NCBI GenBank assembly: GCA_003173895.1
Contig: PJMG01000012.1
Coordinates: 35,448 to 99,447 of the forward strand
Source: Candidatus Levyibacteriota bacterium
GTDB lineage: Bacteria; Patescibacteriota; Microgenomatia; Levybacterales; UBA12049
Direction: 5' to 3'
Length of the DNA stretch: 64,000 bases
Each line of letters begins with the position of its first letter. Within the stretch, counting starts at the first letter, position 1. A program made the translations under genes and the position numbers. Below the pieces are notes generated by a model, which was given only the letters and a program-made list of their open reading frames with translations, was not told the origin of the DNA and made no database searches. This document shows, one piece after another, positions 55,746 through 64,000 of this stretch.

Positions 55746-56552
55746 ATGTTAAATTCATTTGAAAAAACCATTTTAGAAATAGAAAATTATTGTAATAAAA
55801 ATAATCTTGACCATAGATTTGTTGGTGGTTCTTCTTTTGGAGGTTTATTAAATAAAAAAACCACATGGAAAATAAATATTAAAAATAGAGAAGTAATTTT
55901 AACAAATAATAATAAATTAACTTCACTTAGAAAAGATAAAACCTTAAAGGATATAGATTTAATTATTTTTGAAAAAAATAAAAATAAATTAAAAAGCTTA
56001 AAAAAAATTTATAATAAAAAGTCAAATAAAAAATCACGTTTAAGTTTAGAGAATGCAGTTTATTTTCCGAATAAAATTAATTCTCTCTTACAATTTGTAA
56101 CTACTATTTATATAGATAAAGATAATGAGTATTATCTGCAATTTGGAAATATAAAAGAAAAAATTTTGAAAAAATCACTAGAGGCTTGGACTGTAATTCT
56201 AAATGATAAGTTAAAATATTCTGTCCGGAATCCTATAGCTGATTATTTCGCATATCAATTTCGAAGTCCTGGCGGAATAAAAGAAAAAGATAAAAATAAA
56301 TTAATTTTGCTTAAGAAATTAAGTGATGATGTAATTAAAAACGGGAGGAAAAATAATATCGATTTCTTATTAGATCAGTATTATAATTCCTGGTTTAATT
56401 TTATTCAAAAATTACAAACGTCAAATGATTATAATATTAGAATAAAAAGAACTCTTATGAAAATTTATTGGAAAACTATTGGTGAATATTTAGCACATGG
56501 TAAAGGAATTACAAAATATTTCCAATTTTTATCAGATAAGTTCACAGGATAA
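55746..56552 (+). CDS. K/N-rich hypothetical protein with Pol-beta-type nucleotidyltransferase-like G-S ... D-I-D-L motif
   Basis: FVGGSSFGGLL ... (low-complexity insert) ... KDIDLIIF resembles the GS-x(n)-DxD head of minimal/ANT-type nucleotidyltransferases. Spacing is atypically long. Confidence 0.3.
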   Translation: MLNSFEKTILEIENYCNKNNLDHRFVGGSSFGGLLNKKTTWKINIKNREVILTNNNKLTSLRKDKTLKDIDLIIFEKNKNKLKSLKKIYNKKSNKKSRLSLENAVYFPNKINSLLQFVTTIYIDKDNEYYLQFGNIKEKILKKSLEAWTVILNDKLKYSVRNPIADYFAYQFRSPGGIKEKDKNKLILLKKLSDDVIKNGRKNNIDFLLDQYYNSWFNFIQKLQTSNDYNIRIKRTLMKIYWKTIGEYLAHGKGITKYFQFLSDKFTG

Positions 56553-56557
56553 ATATT

Positions 56558-57418
56558 TTACAATACTTTTTTAATTAATTTTTCTGTGTTAGTTAACGTT
56601 TGAGTTAATGCAAAATGCATTAAAGTTTGAGTTATTGGTAGAGCCTTTTGCATGTTTACAAATCCACTATCTAGAAGCATTAAATGATATTCATCATTAT
56701 TCCTAATTATTTCTAGATTCCCTTCTCCTAAAAGATCTGGCTCTAATTCATAATCTTTTAAGAGTGTATTACACAATTTTTTAAAAGCATTAAATTCTTT
56801 AATTAAAATTTTTCTTTGATCATCATTTAATTTTTTCTTTACTCTTGATGGTTTTACTACATGTAAAAATGGTTGTAACACTAATGTTCTTTCAGTTGTA
56901 ATTCCTTCCTCTTGTAATTTAGCCCAGATAATTTCTTCGGGTTTTGGCAGTAAATTATTTAATTCTTTGTATTTCTTTAATTCTTTCTTTAAAATATCTA
57001 AGTGTTTTTTCCTTTCTTTATAATAATCCTCTGTAGATGGATCGCCAAAATCTACTACCAATGATAATTTATATCCTATTTTTAAAACCCACTTTTTTAT
57101 ATCCTCACCAACAAATGTTTTAAAAGTTATTAATTTACTATTAAACCCTTTTTTAAAATGTTTTACTTCAAAAAACTCTCCACTTTCTCCAAATATTTCT
57201 TTAAAAACTAGATTTGAAGCTTTATTATTTTTTAGATAATTTCTAAAGTAAATCAGAAAACCAATTGCTTCTTCCATTTCTGTATGAGTCCAGATAAATT
57301 TATCTTTTATTTTTCCGCCTATTCTATATAGAAATGATGTGGATTCTCTATATAGAGCTTTAACAATATTTTTAGTTTTCATTGTCTTAATTTTACCTGT
57401 ATTTGATAAAATATGCAC
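56558..57418 (-). CDS. K/N-rich hypothetical protein (286 aa)
   Basis: ORF only; convergent with 55746 and divergent/overlapping with 57403. Confidence 0.3.
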   Translation of the reverse strand: MHILSNTGKIKTMKTKNIVKALYRESTSFLYRIGGKIKDKFIWTHTEMEEAIGFLIYFRNYLKNNKASNLVFKEIFGESGEFFEVKHFKKGFNSKLITFKTFVGEDIKKWVLKIGYKLSLVVDFGDPSTEDYYKERKKHLDILKKELKKYKELNNLLPKPEEIIWAKLQEEGITTERTLVLQPFLHVVKPSRVKKKLNDDQRKILIKEFNAFKKLCNTLLKDYELEPDLLGEGNLEIIRNNDEYHLMLLDSGFVNMQKALPITQTLMHFALTQTLTNTEKLIKKVL

Positions 57419-58329
57419 ATATGAATCTTTCTAAAGCTCAAAATAACTCTATGCGAAAAATTCTTCAAATTTTTGAGCCAATACTTAATAGAATTATTGA
57501 TTCTAAACTTTCTCCCAATGAAATTTCACTTTTAGGACTTAATAAATCAATTCATGGTTTAAATAAAATTTTTAATTCTAAAAATATATCGGTTAAATTT
57601 TATGGTTTTTATTTATTCTCTTTTGGTGAATTCCTAGATCTCTTAGATGGCATCCGCGCCCGATCTCAGGGTAAAGCAAGAAGCGTAAAGGGTAAAGAAA
57701 AAACACATCAAAAACTTTACATTTCACCCTTAACTCTTAACACTTTAAACGGTCAGCTTCTCGATGGTTTCTGTGACCGTGTTAAAGAATTTTATTATTT
57801 TTATAAAAAAACAAATTTTAATAAGCAATTTGGAATTTCTTGTATTTTACCTAGCATTGCCCGTGCTGCTAATGAACTTTTAAATCAAACAGTTTCTGAA
57901 AAAGATGAAAAAGGTGGAAGTATGTTAGATAGAACCAGATTAATTTTTATTTCATTATTTTTTTACATTTTAGGTTTTACCAAAAAATCTCTACAAATAG
58001 ATCAAATAATTTATGAAAGAAATTTAGCCACTTTTAGTAATAGAATTAATAAAATAAATTTTGAAAAATTAGAAAAATATCCACCAGCTGGCGGAGAAAA
58101 GGATTTAAATGAATTTCAAAAAAAAGCACTAATTCGTTTGAAATTTTATTTAAAACTATATAAAGAAGAACAGTTAGTTTGTCATTCTGAACAAGGCGAA
58201 GAATTTCAATTTATAAAAAAATTAGATCAATTAAAAATTTTAAAATCCGTAAATTTAAAAAATGAAGAAAAATTATTTAGCTTATTTAATAATTTTTTTC
58301 CGATAAATAAATGCTATCATTCCCAATGA
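57403..58329 (+). CDS. K/N-rich hypothetical protein (308 aa) with CDP-alcohol phosphatidyltransferase-like D-G-x2-A-R ... G-x3-D-x3-D segment
   Basis: DLLDGIRARSQG ... GQLLDGFCD fits the D-G-x2-A-R-x(n)-G-x3-D-x3-D motif order, but with a 29-aa rather than 8-aa spacer and weak TM content. Contains an in-frame repeat fragment at 58181-58207. Confidence 0.3.
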   Translation: MIKYAHMNLSKAQNNSMRKILQIFEPILNRIIDSKLSPNEISLLGLNKSIHGLNKIFNSKNISVKFYGFYLFSFGEFLDLLDGIRARSQGKARSVKGKEKTHQKLYISPLTLNTLNGQLLDGFCDRVKEFYYFYKKTNFNKQFGISCILPSIARAANELLNQTVSEKDEKGGSMLDRTRLIFISLFFYILGFTKKSLQIDQIIYERNLATFSNRINKINFEKLEKYPPAGGEKDLNEFQKKALIRLKFYLKLYKEEQLVCHSEQGEEFQFIKKLDQLKILKSVNLKNEEKLFSLFNNFFPINKCYHSQ

Positions 58330-58845
58330 ACAAATCATAATATAAATTTGGAATATTGACGCAGATTCCAGTTTATATGCTATTAAACTTAAAAATGCCG
58401 CAACAGCTGCTAATAAATAAAATAAAGGAGCTTCAGTATGAGGATGTTTCCATGTTTTTATAAATGCTGGAATATAAGCTGCAAAATCAGCAAGTATGGA
58501 AAACCAGACTCCAACCAGTGGATTTCCTGTTAGCTTCCACCCGATTATACCAATAGTAGCAATTGCTAAACATAGATAATCTAATTTACTTGATCCTCCC
58601 ATACCTCGCCATAGACTCATTAAAAAAATAATAAGACCTTGAAGAAAAGTTACTCCCGCAAAAATTTCAGCGCCTAGATTTCCTTTCGCTGCTAGTATGC
58701 TAAAAAAATTGAGAGTTAAAACAAAAGCTAAAATAAATCTAGTCATTCTATGAGGTTTTGTTTTACCATGAGCAATACTAATAATGTAGGTAATGGGAGA
58801 AATTATAACTAAGATCGTACTTAAAGCTAATAAAATTGCTTGCAT
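58282..58845 (-). CDS. Polytopic membrane protein (187 aa)
   Basis: Five to six hydrophobic helices; no motif. Confidence 0.4.
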   Translation of the reverse strand: MQAILLALSTILVIISPITYIISIAHGKTKPHRMTRFILAFVLTLNFFSILAAKGNLGAEIFAGVTFLQGLIIFLMSLWRGMGGSSKLDYLCLAIATIGIIGWKLTGNPLVGVWFSILADFAAYIPAFIKTWKHPHTEAPLFYLLAAVAAFLSLIAYKLESASIFQIYIMICSLGMIAFIYRKKIIK

Positions 58846-58865
58846 CGATAAATATTATAACAAAT

Positions 58866-61049
58866 TTAAATAACTATTTTTCCATTTTCAATCTTAGGAC
58901 TAATTGTATCTCCAGATTTAATTCTATTTTCTAATATTCTCATTGCAATTTCATCGACTAATTTTTCTTCTATTAATCTTTTCAATGGACGAGCACCAAA
59001 ATCCACATCATATCCATTTTCTGCAAAGTAAAAAACTAAATCATCAGAAATTTTAAAAGTTATATTATTTTCTTCTAATCTTTCTCCTACTTCTTTTAAT
59101 TGAAGTCTGGAAATTTCTATCATATCGCGAGCAGTTAAGCTATTATAAATTACTACTCCATCTAGTCTATTTAAAAATTCTGGCTTAAAGGAGCGTCTCA
59201 AGATTTGCCAAATATCCCTGTCCACCGAAGCTTTAGCGGAGGTGGATTTTTCATTATTTTTCCCCAAAATTATATCTGATCCTAAATTAGAAGTCATAAT
59301 AATAATGGCATTCCTAAAATCCACAGTTACTCCTTTAGCATCAGTTAATCTTCCTTCATCAAAAATTTGGAGAAACAAATTAAAGATTTGTGGATGAGCT
59401 TTTTCTATCTCATCAATTAAAATAACAGAATATGGTTTTCGACGAACTGCTTCTGTTAACTGTCCACCTTCTTCATAACCCACATATCCAGGAGGAGCAC
59501 CTATAAGACGCGCTACTGTATGAGCTTCTTGATATTCACTCATATCAATCCTAGTCATAGCATGCTCATCACTAAATAATATAGAAGCTAGTGCTTTAGC
59601 TGTTTCTGTCTTACCTACACCTGTAGGACCTAAGAAAAGAAATGAACCAACTGGTTTATTATGAGAAGCGAGTCCTGATCTAGCACGACGAATAGCACGA
59701 GCTAATAGAACTAAAGCTTTTTCCTGACCAATAACTTTGGACTTTAGTTCTTCTTCTAAATGCGAAAGTCTTTCTGCTTCTGTAGAAAGCATACGATTGA
59801 CTGGGACTCCCGTCCAACGGGATACTACGCGAGCTATATCTTCAGAATCAACTTCTTCTCTTAAAACTTTTTCTTCAGTCGGAATTTTATCCCACTCTCC
59901 ACGTAAAGTAGAAAGTTGTTTTTCTAATTCTGGAATTTTACCAAATTTTAACTCTGCCGCTTTTTCTAACATTACATCCCTCTCTGCCTGTTCTAATTCG
60001 ATTTTTAATGAGTCAATTTTAGCTCTAACATCCTGAATTTTTTGAATAATTCCTTTTTGTTCTTGCCATTTTTTTTCTAAAGTTTCAGCAGATTTTTTTA
60101 AGGTTTCCAGTTCTTTCTTTTCATTTTCTACTTTTGCCTTTGAGCTTTCTCCTTTATCTTTTTTAAGAGCAGTTATAGTTATTTCATGCTGAGTAATTTT
60201 TCGCTTTAATGTATCCAGTTCTGCCGGCATACTTTCTGCTTCTATTTTGATAGCCGCTGCTGCTTCATCTACTAAATCTATCGCTTTATCGGGTAAAAAT
60301 CTTTGAGGAATATATTGAGCTGAAAGTTTACTAGCGGCAATTAATGCATCATCCGTAATTCTTATTCCATGATGAAGTTCATATTTTTCTTTAATTCCAC
60401 GCAGTATAGAAATAGTATCTTCTACTGTAGGTTCATTAACCATTACTTGTTGGAAACGTCTCTCAAAAGCAGGATCTTTTTCTATATACTTTCTATATTC
60501 ACTAAAAGTAGTAGCACCGATCATACGGAGTAAACCTCTAGCCAGTGATGGTTTTAAAATATTAGCAGCATCAATACTTCCTTCACTCGCTCCACCACCA
60601 ATTATCGTATGAAGTTCGTCTATGAAAATGATGTACTTACCATTTGCGTCTTCAATAGCTTTAATAACTCCCTTTAATCTTTCTTCAAACTCTCCTCTAA
60701 ATTTAGCTCCGGCCAAAAGTGCTGCAAAATCTAACACTACTAATTCTTTTTCGCGAAGAGTAGTAGGAACCGTACCTTCAATAATCTTTATAGCTAGACC
60801 TTCCACGATAGCAGTTTTCCCAACTCCTGGATCACCTATAAGTACAGGATTATTTTTAGTCCTGCGAGATAAAATTTCCATTACTCTACGAATTTCTTCC
60901 TCACGACCTATAACTGGATCCAGTTTTCCTGCCCTAGCAGAATCGGTTAAATTAATAGTATATTTTTTTAGGGCTTCTTCGGGATTTACTGGTTTTAAGA
61001 AGTCCGGAATATTAGAATTATCGTTATCCACATTTTTATAATACCACAA
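58866..61049 (-). CDS. clpB: AAA+ chaperone ClpB (lacking N-terminal domain)
   Basis: Two AAA modules. D1 Walker A GDPGVGKTA, D2 Walker A GPTGVGKTE. Long coiled-coil M-domain between them (ClpB-specific). Protein starts directly at D1 (727 aa). Confidence 0.85.
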   Translation of the reverse strand: MWYYKNVDNDNSNIPDFLKPVNPEEALKKYTINLTDSARAGKLDPVIGREEEIRRVMEILSRRTKNNPVLIGDPGVGKTAIVEGLAIKIIEGTVPTTLREKELVVLDFAALLAGAKFRGEFEERLKGVIKAIEDANGKYIIFIDELHTIIGGGASEGSIDAANILKPSLARGLLRMIGATTFSEYRKYIEKDPAFERRFQQVMVNEPTVEDTISILRGIKEKYELHHGIRITDDALIAASKLSAQYIPQRFLPDKAIDLVDEAAAAIKIEAESMPAELDTLKRKITQHEITITALKKDKGESSKAKVENEKKELETLKKSAETLEKKWQEQKGIIQKIQDVRAKIDSLKIELEQAERDVMLEKAAELKFGKIPELEKQLSTLRGEWDKIPTEEKVLREEVDSEDIARVVSRWTGVPVNRMLSTEAERLSHLEEELKSKVIGQEKALVLLARAIRRARSGLASHNKPVGSFLFLGPTGVGKTETAKALASILFSDEHAMTRIDMSEYQEAHTVARLIGAPPGYVGYEEGGQLTEAVRRKPYSVILIDEIEKAHPQIFNLFLQIFDEGRLTDAKGVTVDFRNAIIIMTSNLGSDIILGKNNEKSTSAKASVDRDIWQILRRSFKPEFLNRLDGVVIYNSLTARDMIEISRLQLKEVGERLEENNITFKISDDLVFYFAENGYDVDFGARPLKRLIEEKLVDEIAMRILENRIKSGDTISPKIENGKIVI

Positions 61050-61114
61050 TTAGCAATCTTGTCAAGCGAGTGATAAAATAGCAGACAATAACCTCATTTT
61101 GATATAATTTAGCT

Positions 61115-62095
61115 ATGAGCAATCTTACAAATATCCTCCCTGAAAAATTTTTAGAAAAATTGCCTGATATTGTCGGAAAAGAAAATCTAGATCAAATTTT
61201 AGAATCTTTTTCTACCAACAAACCATCTACTTTCCGAACAAACACTCTTAAAATAACTGCTGATCAATTAGAAAGTGAATTAAATAAATTAAATATTAAA
61301 ACTGAACGTGTTTCCTGGTATAGAGATGCATTCATTCTAAAAAATGTACCCCAAAAAGTTCTATCAGAAACTAAATTTTATCAAGAAGGCTATTTATATA
61401 TTCAAAGTTTATCTAGTATGCTTCCACCTCTTATTTTAGAACCTAAAGCTGGTGAAAAAATTCTAGATCTTTGTGCTGCTCCTGGAAGTAAAACTACGCA
61501 AATAGCCTCGCTGATGGAAAATAGTGGTGAAATCATCGCTAATGATTTAAGTCGAATTAGAAATTTTAGACTTATCGCTAATTTAAAATTACAAGGAGTA
61601 AATAATACAAAAGTAACAAGCTCTATGGGCGAAATAATTTGGAAAACATATCCAGAATATTTTGATCGCGTATTAGTAGATGTTCCTTGTTCTATGGAAG
61701 GAAGATTTAATACAAATGATGAAAAAACTTATAAAGATTGGACTCCAGGAAAAGTTCGTCAATTATCACAAAAGCAAAAATTTTTACTCCGCTCTGCTAT
61801 ATCTAGCACGAAAGTTGGTGGAATTATAGTTTATTCAACCTGCACACTTTCACCTGAAGAAAATGAAGAAGTTATTAATTGGATTTTAGAAAAAGAAAAA
61901 GGAAATATAGAATTAGAAGATATTCAAAAATCATTACTCTTAAATCATAAATCAATTTTCACAAAGGGTTTAACAAAATTTAAAAACAAAGTTTATAATA
62001 CAGACTTAGAGAAAACTATTAGAATTAATCCATCTAAAATGATGGAAGGATTTTATGTAGCAAAATTGCGAAAAATTAAATCTAATATTATTTAA
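61115..62095 (+). CDS. RsmB/RsmF (NOL1/NOP2/Sun) family RNA cytosine-C5 methyltransferase
   Basis: SAM motif I (LDLCAAPGSKT). Catalytic Cys motifs (DVPCSMEG; YSTCTLSPEENE). No N-terminal NusB domain. Extended -10 TGATATAAT at 61090-61098. Confidence 0.8.
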   Translation: MSNLTNILPEKFLEKLPDIVGKENLDQILESFSTNKPSTFRTNTLKITADQLESELNKLNIKTERVSWYRDAFILKNVPQKVLSETKFYQEGYLYIQSLSSMLPPLILEPKAGEKILDLCAAPGSKTTQIASLMENSGEIIANDLSRIRNFRLIANLKLQGVNNTKVTSSMGEIIWKTYPEYFDRVLVDVPCSMEGRFNTNDEKTYKDWTPGKVRQLSQKQKFLLRSAISSTKVGGIIVYSTCTLSPEENEEVINWILEKEKGNIELEDIQKSLLLNHKSIFTKGLTKFKNKVYNTDLEKTIRINPSKMMEGFYVAKLRKIKSNII

Positions 62096-62414
62096 GAAGT
62101 TTTTCCATATCTTTTTCAAATTCTGCTATAGTTTTTTCAATATTTTTAGATATTTTTTCTTTAGGATTATCTATTTTATGATAAAGAAAACTCCAGATTA
62201 TTTCATGTTTATCAACATATACATGTGAAAGAAAAATTTTCTTATCCTCTTTATCTAATTCTGATAAAATAGTATCCATAACTACTGTATGAACACTAGA
62301 ATGTAAAACATTTAGCAGATGTTTCCTTTCATTTTCTGAAAGTTTTAGTTTTCCTAATTTCATTTCTAAATTTTCTATTTGTATTAAATTTGAATAAAAA
62401 GTTTTTTGTTTCAT
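62088..62414 (-). CDS. Hypothetical protein (108 aa)
   Basis: ORF, helical/charged. Confidence 0.3.
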   Translation of the reverse strand: MKQKTFYSNLIQIENLEMKLGKLKLSENERKHLLNVLHSSVHTVVMDTILSELDKEDKKIFLSHVYVDKHEIIWSFLYHKIDNPKEKISKNIEKTIAEFEKDMEKLLK

Positions 62415-62416
62415 AT

Positions 62417-63316
62417 TTATTTCATACTAATAGGCCCAAGCGAAACTGTGTTATTTGGATCATCAATAAAAAAGTATAGCACTGGACCCTTTTGTGCACC
62501 ATCCACTCTTTCTAAATAATCCATTACTTCGGGAGAACCTCCTAAATTTTTACCAGTAAAAGGCGCAGGTCCGCTATCTGCTATATCAGCTATTATAGCT
62601 TTTCCATTATCTGGATTAACTACTAACATTTTTCTATACTTAAAAAATGCACTATATGTTGCTACATTTTCATTAAAATTAGGTGCTAAAAATGTAGGAA
62701 CTGCAATATAATATTTTTCTCTTAAATCATCTTCTGAGGTTAATTCTGACTGGGAAGAAGCAAAATATCCCCAAGCTCCTAACCCAGGTGCCATGCCTGT
62801 GTCTGCATATTTATCTGATTCTCCACTGGAGTCAAAATGAATAGATATTTGATCTCCTGGAAAACGAGCTAGATGTTGTTCTTTACCAATAAGGCCATAA
62901 TTTCGATCCAGACGTATTCCATTCAATTCAGCCTTTACCGACAAATTAAAATCTTTAGAGAGCATATCAGTTATTTTATTTTCCTGGTCAGAAGTCAAAG
63001 GTTGAACCTGAGATGGTAATACGTTTGCTAGATCAGACATCATAAATGTATTGGGATCAATTTCACGAAAAGTACTTTGCTGAACCTGGCTGGCTGAGTT
63101 AGAAGAAACCATAGCGTTTGCAGGAGTTGTAGTTAATAGAACCATCCCTGCCAATGTACTCATCGCTAAATTTTGAGGTTTAGATAAAAATGAATGAATA
63201 GTGTCTCCGTGTTTAGTCCAGAGATTTTCTTGGAGTTCTTTATGACGTTGACTCCATTTGCTATGTAAATATTCAAAGTGTGACTTTTTTTTATTAAAAA
63301 AGGACAGGCGGAGCAT
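62417..63316 (-). CDS. Secreted RlpA-like double-psi beta-barrel (DPBB) domain protein
   Basis: TM/signal segment. C-terminal KMLVVNPDNGKAIIADIADSGPAPFTGKNLGGSPEVMDYL matches the RlpA/3D-domain DPBB signature (V-x-N-x-x-NG ... DRGP ... DLS). Confidence 0.5.
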   Translation of the reverse strand: MLRLSFFNKKKSHFEYLHSKWSQRHKELQENLWTKHGDTIHSFLSKPQNLAMSTLAGMVLLTTTPANAMVSSNSASQVQQSTFREIDPNTFMMSDLANVLPSQVQPLTSDQENKITDMLSKDFNLSVKAELNGIRLDRNYGLIGKEQHLARFPGDQISIHFDSSGESDKYADTGMAPGLGAWGYFASSQSELTSEDDLREKYYIAVPTFLAPNFNENVATYSAFFKYRKMLVVNPDNGKAIIADIADSGPAPFTGKNLGGSPEVMDYLERVDGAQKGPVLYFFIDDPNNTVSLGPISMK

Positions 63317-63337
63317 ATATCTATAATAACATAGAAA

Positions 63338-63796
63338 TTATATTTTTCCGTATAATCTTTCTGAAAGTAATTTTTTACCCGCTGGTCCTTCTAGAATATT
63401 TATTTCCATCGATTGCAAATGCAATTTTTCTTCATTAGATAATAATTGAGATTTATCAAATATCTCTAATATTTTAGAAGGAGAATCATCCGCTGCTACT
63501 CTATTTACCACATATTTATTACATCCTAGACATCTATGTACTAACATAACATCTCCTAGCTTTTGATTACCTGTGTATTTATCTTGTCCTTCTATTTTTA
63601 GAGTTACAGCAATAGGTTCCATTCCAGCTCCACATTTTGAAGCACGATCTCCAGGATTATTATCTACGTGTTTAGACCATAAACAATTATTACAATGATT
63701 TCTATGAATAGTTCCCATTTCTGGATTTATAGGAACAAAAGATTTACAATTCATACAGATAAATCCTTTTATATTTTCGTCCTTTATAGTTTTCAT
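63338..63796 (-). CDS. RNHCP domain protein (multi-CxxC zinc-binding)
   Basis: Contains the eponymous R-N-H-C motif (IHRNHCNNC) plus further C-x2-C pairs (CMNC, CLGC). Confidence 0.5.
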   Translation of the reverse strand: MKTIKDENIKGFICMNCKSFVPINPEMGTIHRNHCNNCLWSKHVDNNPGDRASKCGAGMEPIAVTLKIEGQDKYTGNQKLGDVMLVHRCLGCNKYVVNRVAADDSPSKILEIFDKSQLLSNEEKLHLQSMEINILEGPAGKKLLSERLYGKI

Positions 63797-64000
63797 ACTA
63801 TTTCTACTACTTCAGAGTTTACTAATTTTTTATAATCCGAAGCAAGCATACCAATAGAAAAACTTCTATCCCCTGCATTAAATCCAATTTTTTCATTATT
63901 AAAAAGTGTTTTATCTGCATATACTTTAAGATTAAATAAATTCCCAAATGGCGGAACTCCTCCTCGTTCTACTCCATTAGTTATTTTTAATAATTCTTCA
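63793..64000 (-). CDS. YbaK/ProX-like aminoacyl-tRNA deacylase, 5'-truncated by window edge
   Basis: Reverse-strand frame open to the window end. C-terminus ...GVERGGVPPFGNLFNLKVYADKTLF...SEVVEIV*. TGA stop overlaps the ATG of the downstream gene (ATGA). Confidence 0.4.
   Translation of the reverse strand, partial: EELLKITNGVERGGVPPFGNLFNLKVYADKTLFNNEKIGFNAGDRSFSIGMLASDYKKLVNSEVVEIV

Noticed and set aside
1-64000. Prophage, integrase, transposase or conjugative element
   Set aside because: No ORF shows tyrosine/serine recombinase, DDE transposase, terminase, capsid or relaxase motifs; the repeats are non-autonomous.

Overview
AT-rich, gene-dense bacterial chromosomal window. Most genes sit on the minus strand in long co-directional runs with 1-4 nt overlaps. 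The gene content (SecDF, many glycosyltransferases, DUF3048/DUF4446, PurM-like orphan, K/N-rich low-complexity proteins) and composition suggest a small-genome Patescibacteria/CPR-like organism; this is inference. Standard code 11: TGA is used as a stop and an unframeshifted RF2 is present.

Housekeeping content: tRNA-Gln(CUG), gltX, Asp/Asn-tRNA synthetase, recJ, CCA-adding enzyme, secD/secF, tsaB(fragment)/tsaC/tsaE, ftsE/ftsX, prfB, uppP, clpB (N-domain-less), an RsmB/F-like methyltransferase, and a truncated YbaK-like deacylase at the 3' edge.

Accessory content:
- A ~17 kb cell-surface glycan locus (24.0-41.6 kb): GT-C PMT/ArnT-like transferase, GT2-GtrA fusion, UDP-xylose synthase, Ugd, Gmd, an Rmd-like reductase, rfbB/rfbD/rfbC, two further GT2s, a P-loop kinase and a CAP-domain protein. 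Several compositionally distinct orphan genes interrupt it: a 686-aa unknown protein in the rfb operon, a GNAT, and a 250-aa protein with a caspase-like HG...AC-x-x-G dyad.
- An FtsE-FtsX-(coiled-coil + papain/C39-like hydrolase) module, analogous to the PcsB/EnvC arrangement.
- A MazG-like protein next to a zinc-ribbon/coiled-coil protein whose C-terminus has a PD-(D/E)xK-like motif.
- A very AT-rich three-gene orphan island (55.5-58.3 kb).
- Two small + strand genes (one Cys-rich) preceded by repeated terminator/antiterminator-like leader structures.

Two dispersed repeat families stand out:
1. Short palindromic elements (~25-70 bp) with TGTCAT...ATGACA termini in intergenic regions, with fragment copies translated in-frame inside ORFs (three inside the GT-C gene).
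2. A ~165 bp long imperfect palindrome in 4 copies, each directly upstream of the start of a minus-strand housekeeping gene (tsaB, tsaC, prfB, uppP).

No CRISPR array, rRNA, integrase or transposase was seen.
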